A DNA stretch of 64,000 nucleotides from Mustelus asterias (Eukaryota): NCBI RefSeq assembly GCF_964213995.1, contig NW_027590213.1, positions 310,001 to 374,000 on the forward strand. The letters run 5' to 3'. The notes beneath the pieces are model-generated. The model saw only the letters and a program-made list of their open reading frames with translations. It made no database searches and was not told the DNA's origin. Below are positions 1 through 12,384 of this stretch, piece by piece. Each line of letters opens with the position of its first letter. The first letter of the stretch is position 1. The translations under genes and the position numbers were made by a program.

Positions 1-189
1 AACAGACTGAAAGGCATACAGGTTGGAGAAGGTTACAAAGATGGAGAAAAGAGCAACTATGAGAATGACGGGAACTCTGATGTTTACCCAGAAGCCAATA
101 TAGTTTTGTTTTTACTTAGTATGACATCCCTAATTGCACTGAACTGAATGGATTCGAACTACAAAGGTCCGTGAACGAAGCCCAGTCGG

Positions 190-572
190 ACAAGCAAACC
201 AGCCTCCCATCCATTGAAACACTTCCCGCTGCTTCGAAAAAGCAGCCAGCAAAAATCAAGAACCCCACACACCCCGGATGTACACTCTTCCAATTTCTTC
301 CGTCGGGAAAAAAATTCAAAAGTTTGAGGACACATACCAACAGACTCAAGAACAGCTTCTTTCCTGCCACCATCAGACTTTTGAATGGACTTACCTCGCA
401 CTAAGTTGAACTTTCTTTCCACCCTAGCTATGACTGTAACAATACATTCTGCACTGTCTCCTTTCCTTCTCTATGAACTGTATGCTTTGTTTGCATATGA
501 TGCATGAAACAATACTTTTCACTGTGTACTAATATCTGTGACAATAATAAAGCAAATTAAATCAAATCAAAT
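190..572 (+). mobile_element. 3' end of Rex1/Babar- or L2-like LINE
   Basis: ORF 171-404 ends HPGCTLFQFLPSGKKFKSLRTHTNRLKNSFFPATIRLLN, a typical C-terminus for these ORF2s. It is followed by AATAAA and an (ATCAA)n-like tail at ~545-572. Confidence 0.65.
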
Positions 573-3279
573 CGGATTGTTACGTCAATCCAGAGGTCTG
601 TCCATTGCTGTCGATGTGCAGTCAGACCACGTAAGGTTGGTAGATAACGTTAAAAGGAATAATTGAACCAGATTCACAGTGAACATGACTGAGTACAAAA
701 CCTTCCCTTCCAAGTTTATGACTTGAGTTGCAATTCAAATAACTTGCCATGGTGAGATTTGAACCCACGTGCAGAGAGCCCGTGGCTCTGGCTAATCGCT
801 AATACAGCAACCTGACCGTGACACTACGGCACCTCCTGCCCGAGATCAGCCAGACTTGGAGGGAGTGAAGTTCTGGATATTATAGTTTGGACCAACTGAA
901 GTTAATGCAGTGAGGAATGTGGGATATAAAACTTGAAAGGCGAATCCAGAGGTAACAAAGGCATGGGGATATCTCCACACACAAATGAAGTTGAATAGCG
1001 GACAAAATAGAGGATTGTTAAAAATCTCTTTTTACACGTAATGTGACAAACCGATGCAAAATTTATTTTTGCCATCCCCTTCGAGATACTGGGGATGCAG
1101 AAATTCTAAATGCAAGATGTGCTACTTCCTGTCCTACTTTCCATTGAAAATTCCCTTCGTCATAATTAAATGGATACTTGCGATATAAAAGCGCCACAGT
1201 AGAATTACACTTAACACCCGGCTGAGGAGCTACATAACCCACCAATAGATTTCACAATGACAGAGTCTGACTCCATGAATCTTTGCCGCCAGGTTACGAC
1301 CAGAGAATATTTAAAGTATTACTTCAGTGTGCAAATGAATCCATTGCTGTGTTCTATTCGAATGTTAGGAACCTGTCTGAAATGCAAAGTCATGTTTGTG
1401 TTACCTATTTCAATGGAACCCAGAATCTAGACTACAAAAATCTACAAGTTACAAGTTCACTGAAATACATTGTACTTTCCAGACAATTGCATAAATTGTA
1501 CATGACATTCGAACTAGCTGATCCATATCATTGTTAAAGGCCAACGGACATTTCTGAACCTCCTTCATCCAACCGTCCAACACAACGTTATATTTGTCTC
1601 TTTCTTACTCATGCAGCTATTGAAACTCCTCTTAAAGAATGAAGGGGGAAAGGGAGGAAACAGGGAACTACTGTACAACTTTTTTCCTTCAGCTTCACGT
1701 CAGCCGGCGGGAAAGAGCTGCAATCTGTTATTGAGGCAGTCTTAATAAAGCACCTCGAAAATCATAGATTGGTCCATCAGGTTTTACGAAAAGCAATTCA
1801 CTTTGAGAAACGCGTTAATACCTTTGAGTTTGCAAGTCGCAAAATAGATCAAGTGGAGGCAGTAGACTTGAATTTCCAAAAATACATTCAATAAACAAGC
1901 AAACACGATGTCAATAGGCAAGACAAGTGACTGTACAGTTGGCAGCCAAATATTAGCACGGCTAGGGTAATGGGCAGAATCAGAGCATGGATATTTTTAA
2001 CTCATTAATGGAATGTGGACGTCGCTGTCTGGGCTAACATTTATTGCCCATCACCTATTGCTCCCCCCCCTCCCTTTTAACAGGATGCCTTTCAAGACCC
2101 TGTCGGGCATTTTTTGGAGTCCCATGTTGCCCAGGCGATGGAAGGATGTCAGATATTCTTCTCTAAAATGCAGATTGTTTTTTTAAAAAAAGGAAATCAA
2201 CAATGCTTTCATGGTCATCATTAAACTTCTAATTCCAGATTTTTATTGAACTGAAATTTCGCCATCTGCTTCCATGTTGAGGTTCGAACCCAAGTCCCCT
2301 GAGAATGATCTGGGGTCCCAGGATTATTAAACCAGTAACTTTACCGCGACGTGTCCACCTCCCCTTGAACGGGAGATGTTAACATTGGTCATTGCTGCTA
2401 GTCAGTGTGCATTAAGGCTCATGGCTAAGGCTAGTTGCATTCTCCATCAATGAGCTACACGAAAAGCGAGATGATAATATATCTGGGTTTGTACATTTTA
2501 CAAGGACAGATGGGAATACAAGCTGTGAGGGGGCACATAGAAGCTAGAAGGGGATGTACAGCGCTTTCTATTGTCCACCGCCAGGGAACTATGCCTGTTC
2601 AGTTGTTGAATGCATCTGAAACGTAAATCAATGTGTTTTAGGTGGATTCAGAGATATAGTAACGAACAGGGCGGTAGACTTGAAGTCACGGATCAACCAC
2701 ACTCATGTTAAATGGCGCAGCAGCCTCGACGCGCTGAAAGGGTAAGGGCAGGTACTAAATATTATGCTGCTGTCGATGCCCCACAAGAGCCGCTTCTCGC
2801 CCGCCTTTCTCTCACACCTATATCATTCTAATCTTCACTTGCCCTTCTGTGCTTCTTACTTCCCCTGAATATATTCATGGAATTGGCCAAAATTACGTTT
2901 TGTGAGAGGAAGTTCCACGTTTTCAACACTCATTGTGCAATATAGTTTCTCCTGAAAAACTCTCTGGATTTCTTACCTGTTACCCATCACTTCAAATAAA
3001 TGTTTTGCGAGGCTATTCCAGAGTCAATCACTTGCTGTGGATATTGAGTCACGAGCAGGATAAATTAAGTAGAGATAGCAGGTCTCCTTCCCCACAGGGT
3101 CATCAGTGAAAGTGGTGGGTTTTGGTAGCAATCAAATTGGGTCACCATTAGATTTAATTTTCTGATGTTTACACCCACAGTGCTGTTAGGGAGAGAATTC
3201 CAGGATTTTCGTCCCACGACAGTTAAGAAACAGTGATATATTTAGAAGTTGGAATGGTGAGCGATTTGGAGGGGAACAA

Positions 3280-4699
3280 GTAACGATACTGTGCCTTTAA
3301 GAAATTAATTTCTATCATGTTTCTTGTAAGAGGTATGTTTAAAATTCAACTCTGTTTTACGGGGGCCGATTTGTCTGCACAAAGAACAAATAACAAACGA
3401 CAGTACAGCACAGCAATCGGCCCTTCGGCCCTCTGAGCCTGTGCCGATCATGTTGTCTTATCTAGACCAACCGCTTATATCGTTCTGTTCCCCGTTTCTT
3501 CATATGCCTATCAAGATATGTCTCAAATGTTATTAAAGTGACTGCCTCAATCACCTCACATGGCAATGCATTCCAGACCCCCACCGCCCTCTGTGTAAGA
3601 AACTTCCTCCACGCATCTGCACTGAACCTTTCCCCCCTTATCTTGCACTTGCTGCCCCCTTGTAATTGTCATTTCTACCCTGGGAAAAAGCTTCCAACTG
3701 TTCACTCTATCTATAGCTTCCATAACTTTATAAACTTCTATCAGATCGCCCCTCAGCCTGCGTCTTTCCAGGGAGAACAATCCCAGTTTATTCAATCTCT
3801 CCTCATAGCTAATACCCTCCATACCAGGCAACATCCTGGTAAACCTTTTCTGCACTCCCTCCAAAGCCTCCACATCCTTCTGGTAGTGTGGTGACCAGAA
3901 TTGGACACACTATTCAAAATGTGGCCGAACCAAAGTTTCATCCAACTGTAACATAATTTGCCAACTTTTATACTCGATGCCCCGTCCGATGAAGGCAAGC
4001 ATGCCATATGCTTTCTTTACCACCTTTTCCACCTGTGCTCCCACTTCTAAGGATCTGTGGACCTTACTCTCAAATCTGTCTGTGTGTCTGTGCTCCTGAT
4101 GGTTCTGCCATTTATTTCATGGCTCCCACCTCAATTGGATCAACCAAAATGCATCACCTCGCATTTGTTCAGGTTAAATTCCATCTGCCAGATCGCCACC
4201 CATTTTTCCAGGTTGTCTATATCCTGTGGTGTTCCCTGACAATCTTCATCACGATCCACAACTCTGCCAATCTTAGTATCATCCGCAAATTTGCTAATCA
4301 GAGCAGCTACGTTTACTTCCAAGCCATTTAGATATATATTACAAACAGCAGAGGTCCCAGCACTGATCACTGCAGAACACCACTAGCTACAGACCTCCAT
4401 TCGGAAAGAAACACCCTTCCACCGCTATCCTCGCTCTTCTATGGCCAACCCAGAGAATACTGTTAATGCAGGCAAATGATTCATTTTAGCTAAGTATGTG
4501 TTTATTTTAATCTGAGTTAATGCATTTTTGTTTATTTTGGTTTTTCCCCTGTGGTTTCAGAGTAGGGCTTTGATTGGGTTGATTGGCAGAGGCAAGGTCA
4601 TGTGAATGGGCTTGCAAGGAAAACATAATGCTTTATTTTATTTTTAAACAGTCAGTTTCTGCTTGGTCCTGAAAGAAGAAAGAGGTCTTTCCCTCTCTG

Positions 4700-4730
<31 letters not shown>

Positions 4731-5168
4731 GAAGGCTGCTGTGTGGGGCTGGCAGAAGACAGGAGTCTCTCTGTCTGCCTCTCTCTCCAGAGGTGTTTTA
4801 GGACTTTTAACAAGTCCAAGCGCATAAGCAGGGGATTGTTACTGATTTTGAAGAGGAGTCCAAGTCGATCAGAGGAATATTGCTTGAATTTGAACTGATA
4901 GGGATGAATTAGCGGCTATGAATTGCATGTTGTTAAGCTAAGCATTTCAATTGGGAAAAGTGAAACTAATTCGTTCGTTATGGTCAAACTGTACTGTTAA
5001 ATGAAGTTAGTTTTGATAAGCGCTTCCTTGTGTGTCAATGGAATCAGACCTGGAGCGAAACACCTTATCCTCACACTAATGTCAAAATTGAAACACGGTT
5101 GAGGTCTAGTCATAACCTAACATATGGGATTCGTAACATACTTGTTTTGTTTTCTCTGACACCTTAAC
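3280..5168. mobile_element. LTR-like element interrupted by a CR1, inserted in an older L2/CR1-like remnant
   Basis: Flanks rejoin as ..ggaggggaac|acttccaggcgatggtg.. The element ends in ..ttaaca (5168), has an internal (CT)n tract and no coding capacity. Boundaries are approximate. Confidence 0.4.
3390..4450 (-). mobile_element. CR1 LINE 3' fragment (degenerate RT C-terminus)
   Basis: ORFs 4140-4370 (SKFADDTK...WQMEFN) and 3556-3873 (VQKRFTRMLPG...RRRLRGDLIEVYK). Confidence 0.9.
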
Positions 5169-5499
5169 AACTTCCAGGCGATGGTGATTCCAATGTGGCT
5201 GCTGGCCCTGGCCTTCAAGAAGGTAGAGCTCGTGGGATTTAAAATACTGTCGAGGGAGGTTTGAGAAGTGGCGACAATGCATGTTTTTCTGTACACATGG
5301 CAGGTTTCAGCTGTCTTCTGTCTCAGTAATGATCAACTTCCGCACCTCATTTCTCCTGGTTAATTTTGTGTAAGGTTATCATCTCGAAATCGTTGGGGAT
5401 TCCAGCCCAATCCCACTGCTCCAATGACAAAACTGAGGAACTTATACAATCTCACACATCCACTTTTGGATATGATACAAAATAGTTTGTCTTCTCTGT

Positions 5500-6866
5500 T
5501 AGTCTAACCTCAGTGGTTGGTAAGTTGATGGAGAGGATCCTGAGAGACAGGATTTATGATCATCTAGAGAAGTTTAGTATGATCAAAAGTAGTCAGCACG
5601 GCTTTGTCAAGGGCAGGTCGTGCCTTACGAGCCTGGTTGAGTTCTTTGAAAATGTGACCAAACACATTGACGAAGGAAGAGCGGTGGATGTGGTCTATAT
5701 GGACTTCAGCAAGGCGTTCGATAAGGTCCCCCATGCAAGACTTCTTGAGAAAGTGAGAGGGCATGGGATCCAAGGGGCTGTTGCCTTGTGGATCCAGAAC
5801 TGGCTTGCCTGCAGAAGGCAGAGAGTGGCTGTGGAGAGGTCTTTCTCTGCATGGAGGTCAGTGACCAGTGGAGTGCCCCAGGGATCTGTTCTGGGACCCT
5901 TGCTGTTTGTCATTTTCATAAATGACCTGGATGAGGAAGTGGAGGGATGGGTTGGTAAGTTTGCTGACGACACCAAGGTAGGTGGTGTTGTGGATAGTTT
6001 GGAGGGATGTCAGAAGTTGCAGCGAGACATAGATAGAATGCAAGACTGGGCGGAGAAGTGGCAGATGGACTTCAACCCGGATAAGTGTGTAGTGATCCAT
6101 TTTGGCAGATCCAATGGGATGAAGCAGCAGTATAATATGAAGGGTACCATTCTTAGCAGTGTAGAGGATCAGAAGGACCTTGGGGTCCGGGTCGATAGGA
6201 CTCTTAAATCGGCCTCGCAGGTGGAGGATGCGGTCAAGAAGGCGTACGGCGTACTGGCCTTCATTAATCGAGGGATTGAGTTTAGGAGTCAGGAGATAAT
6301 GCTGCAGCTTTATAGGACCCTGGTTAGACCCCACTTGGAGTACTGCGCGCAGTTCTGGTCACCTCATTACAGGAAAGATGTTGAAGCCATTGAAAGGGTG
6401 CAGAGGAGATTTACAAGGATGTTGCCTGGATTGGGGGGCATGCCTTATGAGGATAGGTTGAGGGAGCTTGGTCTCTTCTCCCTGGAGAGACGAAGGATGA
6501 GAGGTGACCTGATAGAGGTTTACAAGATGTTGAGAGGTCTGGATAGGGTAGACTCTCAGAGGCTATTTCCAAGGGCTGAAATGGTTGCTACAAGAGGATA
6601 CAGGTTTAAGGTGCTGGGGGGTAGGTACAGAGGAGATGTCAGGGGTAAGTTTTTCACTCAGAGGGTGGTGGGTGAGTGGAATCGGCTGACGTCGGTGGTG
6701 GTGGAGGCAAACTCGTTGGGGTCTTTTACGAGACTTCTGGATGAGTACATGGGATTTAATGGGATTGAGGGCTATAGATAGGCCTAGAGGTAGGGATATG
6801 ATCAGCGCAACTTGTGGGCCGAAGGGCCTGTTTGTGCTGTGGCTTTCTATGTTCTATGTTCTATGT
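5500..6866 (+). mobile_element. 5'-truncated young CR1 LINE with open RT ORF
   Basis: ORF 5513-6781 with [21 protein letters not shown] and FADD motifs; (TTCTATG)n tail at ~6844-6866. Confidence 0.95.
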
Positions 6867-7899
6867 TAGGCGTTTAATGTCCCATGGCCGAATTGAAAGG
6901 GGAGCTGGTGAGTTAGTCATTAGGCCATGGAATTTTACAGCCCTTCATCCATTTTTGTCTGTCTTCGCCATCAAACAGCTACGTGTTCCAGCACTTGGTC
7001 CATTGCCTTGTATATAAAAGATTTGAAGAGTTCATCTCGATGCTTCTAAAATGCTGCTTTCATACCTGAAAAATTCTGAGTGTTGCCATTGACCAGAAAC
7101 ATTGCAGTTTCAACCACATTACTCTGTATCTTGAGTCACGTCTATGCCAGGCCAGGTAAGGACGGCACATTTCCTTCCGCAAAGCCGCATTAATGAACAA
7201 GATGGGGTTTTAGAGCCATCGACAATGGTCGTCATTAGATTTTATTTTATTGTTTTCAAATTTCACCAACTGCCTTGATCAGATTTGACATTTCTTCCCC
7301 GAATCAGTAACCTGGGTCTTTAAATTATTGATCCAGTGACAATACAGTGGGCCACCATCTCCCCATAGTCCAGCATCGACTTCCGTCAACCACTAATAAT
7401 TCAACATATACTGTTCGAGCAGGATAGGAGCGACCATGGAGAAGAAGTCCGATGTCGTGATAATCCTATAAACCTTCTGTTTTACCTAGTTGGGAGATTT
7501 TATCAGTCAAAGTCTTTCCCGACTTGTTCCCACCTTCCCACAATTGGCACAAAGCATTTACAATGTAGACATTGCCAACACTGAACTGTCTCTCCTTTGA
7601 AAATCACTATGGAACCAGTTCCCCCGCCCTAATTAATGGGCAGCTCCTGAAACATTGCAACTTGCCAGGTAACACTGACGCTACTCCGGGGCCACTCTAA
7701 ACTGGAGCAAATCATCTGAAACCTGAGCCATTTAAACATTTTTCTTCCCGCCAATACAACTGCCTCTCCTTGGATATTTTATATCAATGATATCCAGGGT
7801 AATCCGAAAGGCAAGCCTGGATGGGTGCTGGATGCATTCTGAGTGATAACTTCCGTTGAGGATGGAATAGACGGTTTCAGCGGGAACATAAATGTATTT

Positions 7900-10800
7900 A
7901 GAACATAGAACATAGAAAAACTACAGCACAAATAGGCCCTTCGGCCCACAAGTTGCGCCGGTCATGTCCCTACCTACCTTGGCCTATATATAGGCTTACC
8001 TACAACCCTCAATCCTATTAAGTCCCATGTACTCATCCAGAAGTCTCTTAAAAGACCCTATCGAGCTTGCCTCCACCACCATTGACGGCAGCCGATTCCA
8101 CTCACCCACCATCCTCTGAGTGAAAAACTTACCCCTGACATCTCCTCTGTACCTGCTCCCCAGCAGCTTAAACCTGTGTCCTCTCGTAGCAGCCATTTCA
8201 GCCCTGGGAAAAAGCCTCTGAGAATCCACCCGATCTATACCTCTCAACATCTTGTACACCTTTATCAGGTCACCTCTCATCCTTCGTCTCTCCAACGAGA
8301 AAATACCGAGCTCTCTCCACCTATCCTCATAAGGCATGCCAGCCAATCCAGGCAACATCCTTGTAAATCTTCTGCGCACCCTTTCAATAATTTCTACATC
8401 TGACGAGGGTCTTATAAAACTGCATCATTATCTCCCGTCTCCTAAACTCAATCCCTCAAGTGATGTAGGCCAGCACACCATACGCCTTCTTAACCACCTC
8501 CTCTACCTGTGAGGCCGATTTAAGAGCCCTATGGACCCGGACTCCAAGGTCCTTCTGAGCCTCTACACTGCTAAGAGTCTTACCCTTGATATTATACTCC
8601 TTCATTCCATTTGACCTGCCAAAGTGTACCAATACACATTTATCCGGGTTGAAGTCCATCTGCCACTTCTCCGCCCAGTCTTGCATCCTATCTATGTCAC
8701 ACTGCAGCTTCTGACGTCCCTCCAAACTATCCACAACACCACCAACCTTCGTGTCGTCGGCAAACTTACCAACCCATCCCTCCACTTCCTCATCCAGGTC
8801 ATTTATGAAAATGACAAACAGCAAGGGTCCCAGAACAGATCTCTGGGGCACTCCACTGGTGACCGACCTCCATTCAGAAAAAGACCTATCTACAACCACT
8901 CTCTGCCTTCTGCAGGCAAGCCAGTTCTGGATCCACAAGGCAACAGCCCCTTGGATCCCATGCCCTCTCACTTTCTCAAGAAGTCTTGCATGGGGGACCT
9001 TATCGAACGCCTTGCTGAAGTCCATGTAAACTACATCTACCGCTTTTCCTTCGTCAACGTGTTTAGTCACATTTTCAAAGAACTCCACCAGGCTCGTAAG
9101 GCACGATTTGCCTTTGACAAAGCCGTGCTGACTACTTCTGAGCATACTAAACTTCTCTAAATGTTCATAAATCCTGTCCCTCAGGATCTTCTCCATCAAC
9201 TTACCAAACACTGAGGTTAGACTCGCCGGTCGGTAATTTCGTGGTCTATCCCTATTCCCTTTCTTGAATATAGGAACCACATCTACAATCCTCCAATCCT
9301 CCGGAACCTCTCGCGTCTCCATCGACGACGCAAAGATCATCGACAGAGGCTCTGCAATCTCTTCCCTCGCCTCCCACGGTAACCTGGGGTACATCCCATC
9401 CGGTCCCGGCGACTTATCTAACTTGATTTTATTCAAAATTTCCAACACATCTTCTTTCTTAATGTCGACAAACTCAATCTTCTCAGTCCGCCGCAATCCT
9501 GTAGTACAACCACCCAGGTCTTTTTCCACCGTGAATACCGAGGTAAAGCATTCATTAAGCACCTCTGCTATTTCTTCCGGTTCCATACAGACTTTCTCAC
9601 CTTCAGCTTTTATAGGTTCTATTCCTTCACATCTCATCCTTTAACTCTTCACATATTTATAGAACGCCTTAAGGTTCTCCTTAATCTTACCTGCCAAGGC
9701 CTTCTCGTGACCCCTTCTGGCTCTCCTAATTTCCTTCTTCAGTCCCTTCCTACAAGCCGTATACTCATCTAGATCCCCATCATCGCCAACTCTCTGAACC
9801 TATTGTACGCTTTCCTTTTCCTTTTGACTAGGTTCAGCATAGCTTTCGTGCACCACGGTTCCCGTAACCTACCAAAATCTCCCTGTCTCATCGGAACGTT
9901 GTGATGTCGAACTCCAGACAAACATTCCTTGAAAATCTGCCACCTTACTTCGGTACTTTCCCTCGAGAGTACCTCCTTCAAATTTATGTCGCTTATCTCC
10001 TGCCTGATGGCTTCATATTTCCCCTTACTCCAAATAAACACTTTCCTAGCTTGCCTGATCCTATCTCTTTCCAATGTTAGCATAAAGGAGATAGAGTTAT
10101 GATCACTATCCCCAAGATGCTCCCCCACTGAGAGATCCGACACCTGTCCAGGCTCATTAGCCAGTACCAGATCGAGTACAGCCTCTCCTCTTGTCGGCTT
10201 ATCCACATGCTGTGTCAGGAAACCCTCCTGTACACAACTCACAAACTCCTCCCCATCCAAGCCCCTTACCCTAGGGATATTCCAATCAATGTTTGGGAAA
10301 TTAAACTCTCCCAACACGACAACCGTTATTCCTACATCTCTCCAGGATCTGTTTCCCTATCTGCTCCTCAGCAGCCCTGTCACTATTGGGCGGCCTATAG
10401 AAAACATCCAGCAAAGTTATCGACCCCTTCCCGCTCCGAACTTCCACCCACAGAGACTCCGTAGACAACCCCTCCACGGCGTCCACCTTCTCTACAGCTG
10501 TGACAATATCCCTGATCAGCAGTGCCACTCCCCCCGCTCTTCTGCCTCCCTCTCTGCCCTTTCTGAAACATCTGAAACCCGGCACCTGAAGTGTCCAGTC
10601 CTGTCCCTGTCCCCAAGTCTCCGTAATGGCCACCACATCACACTTCCAAGCATCGATCCACACTCTAAGCTCATCCACTTTATTTACTACACTCCTGGCA
10701 TTAAAATAGACATATCTCAAACCATTGGTCTGAGCTCTCCCGTTCTCTATCACCCGTCTATTCTCCCTCTTCCGCTGTCTACAATCCCTCTCTATTTGTG

Positions 10801-11775
10801 GGATACCCTCCTCGCTCCCAGTCACCTCATCTCGATTCCCTCCCCCAACCTTTCTAGTTTAATGTCTCTCCAGTAGCCTTAGCCAACCTTCCTGCCAGGA
10901 TATTGGTCCCCCTGGGATTCAAGTGCCACCCGTCTTTTTTATACAGGTCACACCTGCCCCTAAAGAGGTCCCAATGATCCAGGAACCCGAATCCCTGCCC
11001 CCTGCTCTAATCCCTCAGCCACGCATTCATCCTCCACCTCACTCCATTCCTGCTCTCACTTTCCCGTGGCACAGGCAGTAATCCTCAGATTACTACCTTT
11101 GCGTTCTTCCTTCTCAATTGTCTACCTAACTCACTATATTCTCTTTTCATGACCCCTTCCCTCTTCCTACCTATGTCAGCGGTACCAATATGTACCACGA
11201 CCTCTGGCTCCTCTCCCTCCCTCCTCAGGATTTCTGGGACGTGACCAGAGACATCGCGGATCCCTGCACCCGGGAGGCAGACCATCATCCGAGACTCCAG
11301 TCAGCCTCCGCAAAAACGCCTGTCCGACCCTCTTACTGTTGAGTCCCCGATTAATACTGCCTTCCTTCTCCTTTCTTTAGCCCTCTGAGTTACAGGGCCG
11401 GACCCTGCTCCAGAGACACAGCCACTGCTGCTTCCCCCAGGTGGGCTGTCCCCCACAGCAGTATTCAGACAGGAGTACGTATTGTGAAGGGGCACATCCA
11501 CCGGGGTGCTCTCTATCACCTGAGCTTTCCTCCTCCTGGCCGTTACCCACTTGCCTGCCTCCCATGGCCCTGGTGTGACCACCTGATGATAGCTCCTGTC
11601 TATCACCTCCTCATTTTCCCTAACCATTCGAAGATCCTCGAGCTGCACTTCCAGTTCTCTAACACGGTCCCTTCGGAACCACAGCTCAACACACCCATCA
11701 CAGATATGGACGTCCGGGAGACCAGGAGCCTCCAGGACCTCCCACATCCTACATTGGGAACAACAGACGTATTCC
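7900..11775 (-). mobile_element. Near full-length CR1 LINE: ORF1 (zinc finger, SGNH esterase) plus ORF2 (EN/RT), frameshifted
   Basis: ORF1 pieces CSQCRMWE..HICDGC and AVLIGDSTVRG (11301-11852, 11085-11288); EN pieces YFNARS/ITETW/SDH (10301-10825, 9769-10317); RT 8456-9637; (CATAGAA)n tail at 7900-7918. Confidence 0.93.
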
Positions 11776-12384
11776 ACAAATCTACAGGATTTGTGGAGTA
11801 AGTGGGGCAGTGAGACCATTTGGATTGTTCTCAATCGAATCAGTGGTTTCAATGGAATGTGATGGATATAACTCTACAATCGTATCTGATTAAAACATAC
11901 CCAAAAATCATCCTGGGTATCAGTCACCGATTGGCATTTATGCTGGGGACAGTATTGTTAACGGCATAAAAGTATACTGAGTAAAAGCATCTGAAAACTC
12001 CCCGGTTCTTTGTTCAGTGAATGACCAGGAATCTGGTTTGTGTCTAAATCAACACAGGCTCCTGGAGAATATTTTCAATGGTATCTCTTGGATGTGTTTC
12101 CTGCTTTCAGATCCTGTAAGAAACTCGACAGTTTCAGAAGTTTTGCAAAGTCTCCATCTCGGTGTTCCCCCTCCCTGGTGAAATTGGTGGAACTGGATTC
12201 AACGCCCCCCCCCCCCTCTCCATAATCAGTGCTTCTTCACTTTTCCAGATGTTCTGTCGGGGGTGGTGTTCCACGTAAGAACATAGATCAATGGAATAAC
12301 TACTGTGCAAAGGGGACTCGAATCCCACAAAGATTGTTACTGAACTTTGAATGAAGTAAAAATCTGGAATCAAAAATCTAATGA

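Noticed and set aside
7380-12350. Unique sequence flanking the long CR1 (7380-7890 and 11780-12350) as a decayed gene
   Set aside because: Stops in the frames examined and no recognisable motif; cannot be assigned without a search.
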